A DNA stretch of 38,242 nt from a virus (Duplodnaviria; Caudoviricetes). The notes below the pieces were generated by a model. That model searched no databases, was not told the origin of the DNA, and saw only the letters and a list, made by a program, of their open reading frames with translations. The first letter of the stretch is position 1; every line of letters begins with the position of its first letter. A program made the translations under genes and the position numbers. The DNA lies in IMG/VR virus record IMGVR_UViG_3300043394_000291, positions 1 to 38,242 of that record; one strand, 5' to 3'. Below, piece by piece: positions 17,527 through 26,339 of this stretch.

Positions 17527-18711
17527 TTACGCTTTAGTTAATGCAGTAATAGCATCAGAGAAATCACCATAAACGAAAGCGCCATAATGGTTAGATTTTA
17601 CTCTTTGTACCAATCTTGCCTCAGCTAAGATAGTTACAAGGTTTTTAGTAAAGTCATCATTTTCGTACCCAACGTTAATAGTCAATCCTTCTTTGAATCT
17701 TACACCAGCTTTTGAGAAATCCCCTACTAAGAATTTATCAATAGTAACACCAGTATTTGCAACAACTCTAACACCACTTACAATTGTACCATCTACAGAA
17801 GTGAATGGAGGCATAATGTATTGACCAGTAGAATCTTTTGATAACTCCATAGAAGTCACATCTGTTGGGTGCATAACGATATAGTTAGGCTCAAACAAAT
17901 TAACTCTAACTTGGTTTAAAGCAGTTCTTAAAACATCCCATTTTGTAGGTGTTGGAATAGCTAAAGCAAAAGCACCAGCCGCCCAAGCAGTAGCGTTAGT
18001 TGTAATACCAGTTAGGTTATTACCTGAACCTGAACCGCTCAATAATTGCTCATCAATTTTCAAGTTGATTAATTCAGTTAATTCTTGGTCAATTTCTGAA
18101 CGCATTAAAGCAACATCGTCAAGCATCTCTTTTGTGATTTTGATGTATGCAGTTACTTTTTTAACGTTTGCACTAGCTACTACTAAATCAAAGTCAGCTT
18201 GTGATTTAGCTGCGCCCTCAGCAGTCATTGCAGCGCCACCTTCTCTATTTTTTTGCTCTACCCATTCCCAAACATTTGACATAATTTGCCCAACGTTTAC
18301 CAATTGTAGAATAAAAGGATTACGAGTTACAATTCTTGTAATACCAGCTTCTCTTTCAGCTTGTGGAACTTGACCAGTAATGTTAGTACTTTCAGCCATT
18401 GTACCAACCGCTTTTAATTGAATTTGTACACTTGCTCCTGATTTGTCTTTCATAGCTTTTAATTCGTCTGATTTCTCAGCCAATAAGCTACCTAAATTCT
18501 CAGGTGTGTTGCTTGGAACTCCTTTAGTTTCCAATTCTAATACTCTCAAAGCAATTTCTTCAACATTTGTTTTCATAGTTGAAACTTCTGCTCCTTTAGT
18601 TTCTAATTCTTTAACTTGCGATAATACTTCGATAAGTTCCGCTTTAGAAACGCTTTCGTTTTTCATTGCGTCGATTTTATCTCCTAACGCTTTAATGATT
18701 TCTTCGTTCAT
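17527..18711 (-). CDS. major capsid protein, HK97 fold
   Basis: N-terminal coiled-coil delta domain; EGAAK, EMLDD, QLLSGSG, MHPTD, KDSTGQY, GDFS, FTKNLVTILAEAR. Confidence 0.95.
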   Translation of the reverse strand: MNEEIIKALGDKIDAMKNESVSKAELIEVLSQVKELETKGAEVSTMKTNVEEIALRVLELETKGVPSNTPENLGSLLAEKSDELKAMKDKSGASVQIQLKAVGTMAESTNITGQVPQAEREAGITRIVTRNPFILQLVNVGQIMSNVWEWVEQKNREGGAAMTAEGAAKSQADFDLVVASANVKKVTAYIKITKEMLDDVALMRSEIDQELTELINLKIDEQLLSGSGSGNNLTGITTNATAWAAGAFALAIPTPTKWDVLRTALNQVRVNLFEPNYIVMHPTDVTSMELSKDSTGQYIMPPFTSVDGTIVSGVRVVANTGVTIDKFLVGDFSKAGVRFKEGLTINVGYENDDFTKNLVTILAEARLVQRVKSNHYGAFVYGDFSDAITALTKA

Positions 18712-18717
18712 CTTTTT

Positions 18718-19566
18718 TTAATTAAATTTGTTTAATAATTGTTTTAATTGTTCATTTATTTGAAGTGATTGCTCGGCTTCGATTTCTTCAAGTGATTTCT
18801 CGGCTTGAATTTTGTTATTGTTTATTAATCCAGTTGCGTGGTTGCTACCAGCTACAACTAAACTACTTTCTCTTACGTTTTGCGCCTCTTTAATAATATA
18901 GAAATAAGGAATATAATCGAAGTCATCTTTATTAGCTATTTTATTAATATAAGCGTCATAGTTAGCTTTTTCAGTTACGTCCTCAGGATTGTTTGAATCC
19001 ATAGCAAGTAAAATAGTAACATAACGCATTCTTACAGAAGCCTCAATACTATCACCACTATCTAACCATTCTTTAACCGCTTCAATTTTAATTTGGTCTT
19101 TTGGTACTTTATAAATCAAAACTTCTGTTTCTCCATTATAAGGTTGTCCTATTAATGAAAAAGGAATTTTAGCAGTAAATATTTCGATATGTTCTTTTCG
19201 AGTTATTGTTTGTAATACTTCTAATTCGTGGTCACAAACTAAATAGTTTTTGCCTTGCGTTTCTTGTACTGATTTTTTCCATATCCCATTATCGTGTAAA
19301 TCGTCGTGAGAATCTAAAATCATAGTTGAATTAACCGCTATGTAATAGAAATTGTCATCGATTTTAATACCTTTTAATTGGTCTGTAAACTTTAATAAAT
19401 CCAAACATTTAGATACAACCGCACTCCCTTTATCAACTGATTTTTGAATAACTGACTTTTTAGCATCAATTAGAATATCTTTGTTTTCTCTGATATGCTT
19501 AAACAATTCCTCTTTTGAATCAAAAAAAGTATGTTCTCCTTGTGTGTTAGTTGATTTCCAAATCAT
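18718..19566 (-). CDS. prohead maturation protease (HK97-type, divergent)
   Basis: LDSHDD, DH, SVRMRY, ESSLVVAGSN; between portal and capsid. Confidence 0.75.
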   Translation of the reverse strand: MIWKSTNTQGEHTFFDSKEELFKHIRENKDILIDAKKSVIQKSVDKGSAVVSKCLDLLKFTDQLKGIKIDDNFYYIAVNSTMILDSHDDLHDNGIWKKSVQETQGKNYLVCDHELEVLQTITRKEHIEIFTAKIPFSLIGQPYNGETEVLIYKVPKDQIKIEAVKEWLDSGDSIEASVRMRYVTILLAMDSNNPEDVTEKANYDAYINKIANKDDFDYIPYFYIIKEAQNVRESSLVVAGSNHATGLINNNKIQAEKSLEEIEAEQSLQINEQLKQLLNKFN

Positions 19567-19682
19567 TTTTTTACTTCTTTATCGTTGTTTTGTAATCTTT
19601 TATTTAGTTCCTTTTTAGCTTTCTCGATTTGTTCTTTGCTAATTTGGTTTTCTATTTCCTTAGGTGTTAATTTAGTTCCCAT
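19563..19682 (-). CDS. 39-aa basic protein
   Basis: Hand-translated MGTKLTPKEIE...; overlaps both neighbours at start/stop codons. Confidence 0.5.
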   Translation of the reverse strand: MGTKLTPKEIENQISKEQIEKAKKELNKRLQNNDKEVKK

Positions 19683-20890
19683 TACAAATTAAGTTTTAGC
19701 ATTAATTCCTTTGTTTTTGTAACCGCATCATTATCATTCATAGTTCCGTTTTCTTTTGATAACTTAACCATATTCTGAAAGTCTGTTAATGTTTTAATCT
19801 TTTCATTAATTACCGACTGCATAACTGGCAAATGGTCAAAAGAAGCTCTTAATTTTTCTCCCTTTTCAAATAATCCCCAACTTTGAGAAAGTGAGTTCAT
19901 TGTGTTGTCAGCGGTGTTTTGTATTTGGTTTTGAATGTATGATATTAAACCTTGTGATTGGTTTTCAAATGTTGAATCTCTACTAAACGGATTAATAACA
20001 TTCTTATTCATTCCGAAAGCTAATAAACACTTATTGAAATCCTCAGCGTATTGTTCATCTAAGAATAATTTCTTCATATCACTAACTAAATGCTTAACAT
20101 CAACATTAGCATTAGTTAAAATAAGCGATTTGCTACCTAAAGTGTTTTCGATTGAACTTCTATCTCCTTGTTGTATTTGTGCCTCATTTCCAGTACTTTC
20201 ATTTTTACCTAAATACTTTGATGACATTTCAAGGTTAATACCTTTAGATATTAGGTTTTTATTAATATTATAAAGTACTGGCGCAATTGCCTTAACTCTA
20301 CTTTGTGATGTAAGTAATGAATTACCAACTAATCCATTAGTCAAATCATAAGTAGGAATTATACTTTTTAATGGTAAATTATGCGTTACACCATCTAAAT
20401 TATATTTAATAATCTTTTCTTCAATAGCCATTTTATTATTTTTAGTAATAATAAATTTGTCTATTTTGTTGATATTATTAAAATCTATTTCATTAGGAAT
20501 AAGATTATAAATAGCATTAGGAACTGAGTTACTAAATGGTTTAATTTGATAAATATAATCATTCCCAGTTACCGATAAAAATACCATTTGCTGAAAAAAG
20601 AAATCCTCTTTTGACTGAAAGTAGTTAGGATTATATAATAGTTTAGTGTAATCTGAATTTTCAATTACTTTGCCATCTTTGCCAATATGAGTTATTCTCA
20701 TTTGAGAGTAGTAAGTAGCTGAAAAGTTTACTATTGTAGAAAGTACTGGATTTGATAAGTAAAATTCCATATACTTACCATTATCAACAAATGAATTACC
20801 ATCTAAAAAAGTATAGGAAAACTGACCGCTTCTATTACGTTCTACTCTGAATAACTCTCTACCAAATAAGCTAACTGATTTTATAACCAT
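19682..20890 (-). CDS. portal protein
   Basis: 402 aa between TerL and protease; NPNYFQS, GNDY, STFENQ, FDHLPVMQ. Confidence 0.9.
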   Translation of the reverse strand: MVIKSVSLFGRELFRVERNRSGQFSYTFLDGNSFVDNGKYMEFYLSNPVLSTIVNFSATYYSQMRITHIGKDGKVIENSDYTKLLYNPNYFQSKEDFFFQQMVFLSVTGNDYIYQIKPFSNSVPNAIYNLIPNEIDFNNINKIDKFIITKNNKMAIEEKIIKYNLDGVTHNLPLKSIIPTYDLTNGLVGNSLLTSQSRVKAIAPVLYNINKNLISKGINLEMSSKYLGKNESTGNEAQIQQGDRSSIENTLGSKSLILTNANVDVKHLVSDMKKLFLDEQYAEDFNKCLLAFGMNKNVINPFSRDSTFENQSQGLISYIQNQIQNTADNTMNSLSQSWGLFEKGEKLRASFDHLPVMQSVINEKIKTLTDFQNMVKLSKENGTMNDNDAVTKTKELMLKLNL

Positions 20891-20896
20891 ATTAAA

Positions 20897-20935
20897 GCAA
20901 AAAAGCCTTAACCGAAATTAATCGATTAAGACTTT
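20897..20935 (-). terminator. terminator/attenuator-like hairpin in the portal leader
   Basis: AAAGCCTTAACCG/CGATTAAGACTTT stem (G:U pairs on the minus strand) plus T tract just before the portal ATG. Confidence 0.55.
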
Positions 20936-21001
20936 AATATTAAATTAGTGTTTACGTTCATTTGTAATAGTTTGATGCGACTTCACATCAATTAATTGCT
21001 A

Positions 21002-21037
21002 CAAATATAATAATATTTATTTAGATTGTGTATAAAT
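21002..21037 (-). promoter_or_regulatory. head-operon promoter with 19-bp box (copy D)
   Basis: TATATTTG at 21009-21002; ATTTAGATTGTGTATAAAT at 21019-21037. Confidence 0.6.
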
Positions 21038-21050
21038 TAGTGATTATTTT

Positions 21051-21269
21051 TTATTTTACTATCTCAACCCATTTAAAACCATCAAATAAAGTGTCGTGTC
21101 TATAATCATCAAAACTTTTTCTTTCGTGTTTAGGTTTTGCGTATGCTTTTAATTCTCCATTTTCTACTTCAAAGTAATTACCCTCAACATAATCAATTGC
21201 GTGAGGAACATATCTTATTGCAGTTCCTTTTCTGTAACCTCTATTTTTTGCTTCTTGTATTAAGTCCAT
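21051..21269 (-). CDS. hypothetical protein
   Basis: Likely start MDLIQEAK downstream of the TerL stop. Confidence 0.6.
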   Translation of the reverse strand: MDLIQEAKNRGYRKGTAIRYVPHAIDYVEGNYFEVENGELKAYAKPKHERKSFDDYRHDTLFDGFKWVEIVK

Positions 21270-21280
21270 AATCTTAATTT

Positions 21281-22699
21281 TTAAGTTAAATATCTTGTTC
21301 GTGCATACCAACTACTAACATATTTGCATCCATCAATAGCGTGGTCGTTACCTTGCTCAGGCTCATCTAATTGAACGCCTTGAACTATTCTCCAGCTATG
21401 ATTCTCATATTCTTGCTCTAAATTAGTAGAACTTTTTGTATAATATACTTGTTTCTTTTGTAATAACTCTATTCCGCTTATCACACTTCCTTTTCCTTTT
21501 AATGCAAATATAACATTAAAACCGCTATTACGTAGCTTTTGACCCTCTGTTTTATTTATTTCGTTGGAACTATCAACTATTAACTCTTTACGTTTGTCTA
21601 TTCCTAAATTATGCAATTCATCTGATAAAGTGCCATTCATTACATTCATAGGTTTGTAAAGCAATTCTTTAAAGAAAAACGTTTGGTCACCATCGAATTT
21701 CATTTCAACTAATGTTGTTGGCGCACTTAAACCAAAATCCATTCCGTAAAAGTTTGGATAAGGTAATGTTTCAAATTCTTCATCGCTTATTATTTTCCAA
21801 CCTTTAAAAATACGATTAGGTTTTTCTGATTTTTCACCTTTACCAAATACTAGCCAATGGTATAAACTTGCGCTATCTGTTTTTTCATTATACAAACAAC
21901 GTTCTAATTCTTTTAATTCTTTTCTACTGAATTGTTTTTCATTTGCTTCAATATTATAAATATACGCTTCTGATAAGTTTAATTTGTTTTGCAGTACTAA
22001 TTCGCATTGTTCTACTGGTTGGTAGCTCTCTATTTGTTTTTTACTCTCAGGGGGGCAAAATGCATTATCTTTATAAGTTGAATGTAATGTTATTGTATTA
22101 TCTTTTTTTCGTTCAATATCAATCCAATGATTTTGCTTAGGATTCCAATCAAAAATAATATATTTAGAAGTTCTTTGAGAAAGTTGTTTATAAACTTCAT
22201 GACCAAAATTATAAGGTTCGTTAATCCAACAAATATCTTGTGTCATACCCATTGCATCATCTTCATCGTCTAATCCAGTAAACCTAAGAAAAGAATTATT
22301 ATGTAAAAAAGTCCAAGTATGATTAGTTTTATTTCTTAAGAAGTATTTTAAAAGTGATTCTTTTTTTATTAATTCGTCAAACTCTTGAACTGAAATAAGT
22401 TTTTTTTCAAGCTCTTTTTTTCTACCCATAGGGTCGCTTAACCACTTAACCCAATCAATTTCAATAATTTCTCTACAACTTTTTTGAGTATCTCTTAAAA
22501 TTGTACACGTAGTCATTGGATTTTCGTACAAGTCTAAAAAAATAACTTGGAAATCACTCCAAGTCTTTGAACTTCTTGAACTTCCTTTTTGCTCAATAAG
22601 TTTATATTTTCCACTTTGAGTAGCTTCCCAAGTATCTAAAAAAACCTTTGTAGATAAAAATTCAATTTCATTCTTCATCTTCATCATTAGGTTTAACAA
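21281..22699 (-). CDS. terL: terminase large subunit
   Basis: Walker A-like GSSRSSKT, Walker B WINE, DWNP, nuclease DFG and NDHAID; real start may be a few codons downstream. Confidence 0.93.
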   Translation of the reverse strand: MLNLMMKMKNEIEFLSTKVFLDTWEATQSGKYKLIEQKGSSRSSKTWSDFQVIFLDLYENPMTTCTILRDTQKSCREIIEIDWVKWLSDPMGRKKELEKKLISVQEFDELIKKESLLKYFLRNKTNHTWTFLHNNSFLRFTGLDDEDDAMGMTQDICWINEPYNFGHEVYKQLSQRTSKYIIFDWNPKQNHWIDIERKKDNTITLHSTYKDNAFCPPESKKQIESYQPVEQCELVLQNKLNLSEAYIYNIEANEKQFSRKELKELERCLYNEKTDSASLYHWLVFGKGEKSEKPNRIFKGWKIISDEEFETLPYPNFYGMDFGLSAPTTLVEMKFDGDQTFFFKELLYKPMNVMNGTLSDELHNLGIDKRKELIVDSSNEINKTEGQKLRNSGFNVIFALKGKGSVISGIELLQKKQVYYTKSSTNLEQEYENHSWRIVQGVQLDEPEQGNDHAIDGCKYVSSWYARTRYLT

Positions 22700-23120
22700 T
22701 AGTAACTTTTATTGGTGGCGCAACATTATTTATCTTTTCGCCACCACTTGTTATATCTGTTTTATCTCCATACTTCTTAGGGTTTAATTTAGATAAAACC
22801 CATTTACGGGCATCTATTCTTAATCTCGACCTTTGTATAACATCATTATTTACAACTTCTATTCCGTTATCGTTTACATAAGTATCGTTTATGTTTTCGT
22901 CTGCAATACCTAAAATATCATCAAAAATAACATCTGCTCTAACTTCTGTCGCGCGCGCGTATTGTTTCGCTTTATCATCGTTATTATCTAACCATTGATA
23001 AAAAGTAGAAGTACTTGGCATTTCTTCTTCTTTTAAAATAGTTCTTAGTGCGCGCCCTTTTTCTATTTCGGAACACACATAATCAAATATTTTATTTATT
23101 TCTTCAATTGAGTAAGCCAT
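22668..23120 (-). CDS. terS: terminase small subunit
   Basis: N-terminal HTH (MPSTSTFYQWL), QYARA, RLRIDARKW..SKL.PKKYGDK. Confidence 0.92.
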   Translation of the reverse strand: MAYSIEEINKIFDYVCSEIEKGRALRTILKEEEMPSTSTFYQWLDNNDDKAKQYARATEVRADVIFDDILGIADENINDTYVNDNGIEVVNNDVIQRSRLRIDARKWVLSKLNPKKYGDKTDITSGGEKINNVAPPIKVTIVKPNDEDEE

Positions 23121-23281
23121 AAAAACAAAATTAGTTATTTTTTCTTTACAAACACAAATTAACTCAATAAACTTTTAATGTTTCGTGTTTCAATTGTTAA
23201 AGTATTTAAAAAAAACAGAGTTATACACGTCTATATAATTTCGGAATGTCACATACGTTAACTTCCCTCTGTTTTCCATTG

Positions 23282-23488
23282 TTATTTTTGTTTAAATGTT
23301 TCGTTGTAATAAGTTTTTGGATTTTTATTTTGGTTACAAGTACCATCTTCAAAACTATCGAAAATTAATTGTTTTTCTTTTTCGAGTAGTTCATTTGCTT
23401 TATTAAAAAATTTATCAAAAGTAAAATTATAATCTTTTTTTAATTTTTCAGTGTACTCAATCAACTCTTGCATCGGTGTTTGTTTCAT
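23282..23488 (-). CDS. small phage hypothetical protein
   Basis: MKQT...EKQLI...YYNETF pattern frequent in phage accessory genes. Confidence 0.65.
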   Translation of the reverse strand: MKQTPMQELIEYTEKLKKDYNFTFDKFFNKANELLEKEKQLIFDSFEDGTCNQNKNPKTYYNETFKQK

Positions 23489-23727
23489 TATTGTTTCTTT
23501 TTAAATTGTTCAAACCATTTTTTAGGTGAAATTGCATCATATAATAAAATATAAGAAGCATAATCCCTCATATCCTCCTCACTATACAAATTATTGTTTT
23601 GTTGTTGTTGCCATTTAGCGCCCTCAATAAAACCTTCTTTAAAAATAGGTGCTTTTGTTTCTTTTGCATAAACATTATAACCATTAGCTTTTTCAGCAAC
23701 TTCCTCAATCGTTTCTTCTTTTCTCAT
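23488..23727 (-). CDS. small phage hypothetical protein
   Basis: ETIEE..FIEGAKWQ..YSEED..WFEQFKK pattern. Confidence 0.65.
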   Translation of the reverse strand: MRKEETIEEVAEKANGYNVYAKETKAPIFKEGFIEGAKWQQQQNNNLYSEEDMRDYASYILLYDAISPKKWFEQFKKKQ

Positions 23728-23758
23728 AACTTATATTTTTTAATTGCGTTATCGGTTA

Positions 23759-23950
23759 TCATAATTCTATTTTTAATTTATCGTACTCAAATTTTTTTAT
23801 TTCAAGTTTAATCATAAACGATTTTAAACGCTCGTAATTGATTGTTTTTGATTTTCTAAATGATATTACCGAACTTGTAGAAACGTTTAAAATTTGCCCT
23901 AATTTGTAGTTTGTGAAAGGTGTTAAGTTGAATAGTGCGTTGTATATCAT
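23759..23950 (-). CDS. small HTH-like DNA-binding protein
   Basis: TNYKLGQILNVSTSSV resembles an XRE/Cro helix-turn-helix. Confidence 0.5.
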   Translation of the reverse strand: MIYNALFNLTPFTNYKLGQILNVSTSSVISFRKSKTINYERLKSFMIKLEIKKFEYDKLKIEL

Positions 23951-24150
23951 AACTTCTCAATTTCTTGTTTAACTTCTTGCCAATAATCATAGCTATTTTT
24001 ATGGGTAAATATTGTTAACAATATCTCATCAACTACTATTAATGCAAACTTTCTATTTATTTCAAAAGTTTCATCGTCCATTCCTGAAATACTTAATAAA
24101 TCTGGTGCAAATTTCATAAATATTTCAGATGCTTTTTCTGTTGCAGTCAT
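23947..24150 (-). CDS. hypothetical protein, paralog of 34288-34506
   Basis: MTxxEKA...ALIxVDEI...WQEVKxEIEKL. Confidence 0.7.
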   Translation of the reverse strand: MTATEKASEIFMKFAPDLLSISGMDDETFEINRKFALIVVDEILLTIFTHKNSYDYWQEVKQEIEKL

Positions 24151-24177
24151 AATTTCTATTTGTTTATTATTATGACG

Positions 24178-24238
24178 TAAAGATAGTATAATTTTTTATA
24201 CTACCAAACTTTTAAGCTAATTTATAATTGTTCTAAAT
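24178..24238 (-). promoter_or_regulatory. promoter with spacer palindrome and 19-bp box (copy B)
   Basis: TATCTTTA (24185-24178), TTTG (24208-24205; 19-bp spacer), TAGTATAA-N4-TTATACTA, ATTTATAATTGTTCTAAAT (24220-24238). Confidence 0.6.
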
Positions 24239-24240
24239 AA

Positions 24241-24861
24241 CTAAAATAAAGTTTGTTGTATTGGTACATTTGATAAATCGCTCCATTGTTTAGCCATAGC
24301 CTCTGAAATACCTGTAAAAGTTTTACTTCTTTTTGTTGAATCTCCGAAACTTTCTGCCATCCATTTACTCATTTTTTTACCGCTTTTAAAAGTTATAAAT
24401 TCTCCTTTACTTACTATTTTTGTAGGTTTTAAAAAAGGTATATTTTTATACCATAAGCAAGTAGTTTTTTGAAATTCATCTCCAAAGTAATAAGGCTGTA
24501 TAATTTGGTCGGGTTCTCTCCAAACTTTTGACATTATACAAATTGGATTTTCAATTACAATATGATTTATTGGTGCATTAGCTAATTTTAAAAAAAACTC
24601 AATCGCTTCTTTTTGCCTACCATCTTTTATTTTTTCTTTAAAATGCCTTGCTCCACTAACTGCTAAATGCGTACAAGGTGGGTGCGCAATCATTAAATCA
24701 TATTTACCGCTATACGCTTCTTTTATTGCATCTCCTTGTATATGCCATTGTGGATGTCCTCCAGTACATTCTTTTATATCGCAACTATATGCTTCTATTC
24801 CTAATTTTCTAAAAGCTATCGTTGTGTGTTGGCTTTCTTCACACGCTATTAATACTTTCAT
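24241..24861 (-). CDS. phage DNA cytosine-C5 methyltransferase-like protein
   Basis: VLIACEES (motif I variant), AHPPCT (catalytic PC), IENP, RSKTF; short form. Confidence 0.8.
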   Translation of the reverse strand: MKVLIACEESQHTTIAFRKLGIEAYSCDIKECTGGHPQWHIQGDAIKEAYSGKYDLMIAHPPCTHLAVSGARHFKEKIKDGRQKEAIEFFLKLANAPINHIVIENPICIMSKVWREPDQIIQPYYFGDEFQKTTCLWYKNIPFLKPTKIVSKGEFITFKSGKKMSKWMAESFGDSTKRSKTFTGISEAMAKQWSDLSNVPIQQTLF

Positions 24862-24944
24862 AATTTCTTTCTATTTAATTCCATAATGATAATAATTAAT
24901 TTCCCTCTGCAACTCCTTAACTTTTGGATTTTCTCTATCGTTAA

Positions 24945-25190
24945 TTATTTTTTGTTTACTATTCCGACAAATTTATTATAATAATCAAATTCAAAACTAA
25001 CAAAGTTATCAGTTCCGATATAACGAAATGTATAAATCCAATGATTTTTATAAGTTTTGTCAACGTATTTTTCAGGAATTGTGCAATTCTTTCCTATTCC
25101 ACTCAGTCGTATTTCTTGACCATTCTTTGAAAGTTGAGGTTCAAAGTTAATGTTTAGTTTAAATCCGTTAATATTTAAAGTCTGTATCAT
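24945..25190 (-). CDS. hypothetical protein
   Basis: 81-aa ORF overlapping the VRR-NUC stop. Confidence 0.6.
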   Translation of the reverse strand: MIQTLNINGFKLNINFEPQLSKNGQEIRLSGIGKNCTIPEKYVDKTYKNHWIYTFRYIGTDNFVSFEFDYYNKFVGIVNKK

Positions 25191-25428
25191 AATCAGTCCA
25201 CACCTTTACATTAATACCTTTTAATTTCATTTCATTTATACGAACTTTTTGAAGTTCAGATAGTTTTCCATTTGGTCTTTTAACCTCTATAAAAATAGTA
25301 TCATTTTCTTTTACAGCTAACAAGTCAGGATAACCATTTTTATTACATTTTATAAGTTTAAGAACTAAATAACCTTGTTTTTCTAATTGAGTTATTATTT
25401 TCTTTTGTAGTTGTTGTTCTAAAATCAT
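25168..25428 (-). CDS. VRR-NUC family nuclease
   Basis: E..LQ, GYPDL, FIEVKRP.GKLSELQ (PD-(D/E)xK). Confidence 0.9.
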   Translation of the reverse strand: MILEQQLQKKIITQLEKQGYLVLKLIKCNKNGYPDLLAVKENDTIFIEVKRPNGKLSELQKVRINEMKLKGINVKVWTDYDTDFKY

Positions 25429-25456
25429 TGTTAAAAGTTTTAAGTGTATAATCTTT
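25358..25456 (-). pseudogene. stranded original C-terminus of the SF2 helicase
   Basis: Translates KDYTLKTFNNDFR...*, aligning with the helicase end KDYTLNCFRKDF; begins immediately after the GIY-YIG stop. Confidence 0.7.
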
Positions 25457-26224
25457 TTAAACTATTATAAAATTAGTATTATTCTTTATTTTATTATTTA
25501 ATTTAGCAAATAAAGTCACATAATTTATTCCACTTATTTTTGATGTTTCTTTTATAGAATAATAAAAAATACCATTGCTTAAATCTAAAACAATAACTCC
25601 TTTTTTATTTTTAGGTTTAGTTCTGTTTTGTTGTATTTTTAAAATAGTTTCAATACTATGTTTTCTACCAAACATTGCGTTTTTTTCTCCTTTTGACTTT
25701 AAAGACATTTTTTCTTTAGTTAAATTTGATGCTTTTTTACCAAAATTATGATTTAAAACACCTTTTTGTCTTTCTGATAAAAGTTTTTTTGTATTTTTAT
25801 TATGTTTTTTACCTTTAAAAGATATTATAAAATCTCTTTTACTTACTGCAATACCTATGTTTTTTCTATGCGACTCAGAAAAAAATTTATTTTTAGCAGA
25901 CTCTTTCATTTTTTCTTTAGTTTCTTTAGAAAAAATTCTTTTCTTTTCATCTGTATTTGTTAAAAAACAATTTAATCCTTTATTTAAAACATCATAAAAT
26001 TCTTGATAAAACCTTTCGCGTTCATTTAATAAATTAATTTCACATTCTTCTATTACTTCAAAAGTATGATTGGAAACTCCATACTTTAAAAATGAATTAT
26101 ACAAGGCTTTTTGTTCAGATACATTTTGCAAGTTTTTATATTGTTTAAATCGTTTTTCAATATTAATACTTTGACCTACATAAACTCTATTTGTTGGGGA
26201 AGTAATTTTATATATACCTATCAT
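25457..26224 (-). CDS. GIY-YIG homing endonuclease with NUMOD3-like repeats
   Basis: GIYKIT..RVYVGQS..KRF..ERE..GLN; repeated S.ETK.KM and FGKKHS; ATG 26224 preferred to the ORF-track start inside the leader. Confidence 0.92.
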   Translation of the reverse strand: MIGIYKITSPTNRVYVGQSINIEKRFKQYKNLQNVSEQKALYNSFLKYGVSNHTFEVIEECEINLLNERERFYQEFYDVLNKGLNCFLTNTDEKKRIFSKETKEKMKESAKNKFFSESHRKNIGIAVSKRDFIISFKGKKHNKNTKKLLSERQKGVLNHNFGKKASNLTKEKMSLKSKGEKNAMFGRKHSIETILKIQQNRTKPKNKKGVIVLDLSNGIFYYSIKETSKISGINYVTLFAKLNNKIKNNTNFIIV

Positions 26225-26320
26225 AAATGTAAAAACCAACACGTCAAGAGGTAGTCGGCTCTATCAGTGTTGGAATTTTATAATGTTTTAATACTGCGAC
26301 TACTCAGTGACGCAAATATA
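26225..26320 (-). promoter_or_regulatory. promoter plus structured kissing-loop leader (copy A)
   Basis: TATATTTG, small hairpin, large hairpin plus T tract; loops GTAGTCG/CGACTAC are complementary. Confidence 0.75.
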
Positions 26321-26339
26321 CAAATTTTATTTTTATAAA

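Noticed and set aside
26225-26242. ORF-track N-terminal extensions MLVFTF (and MVFTF at 28087-28101)
   Set aside because: They arise from the shared leader hairpin; the endonuclease domains begin at the downstream ATGs.
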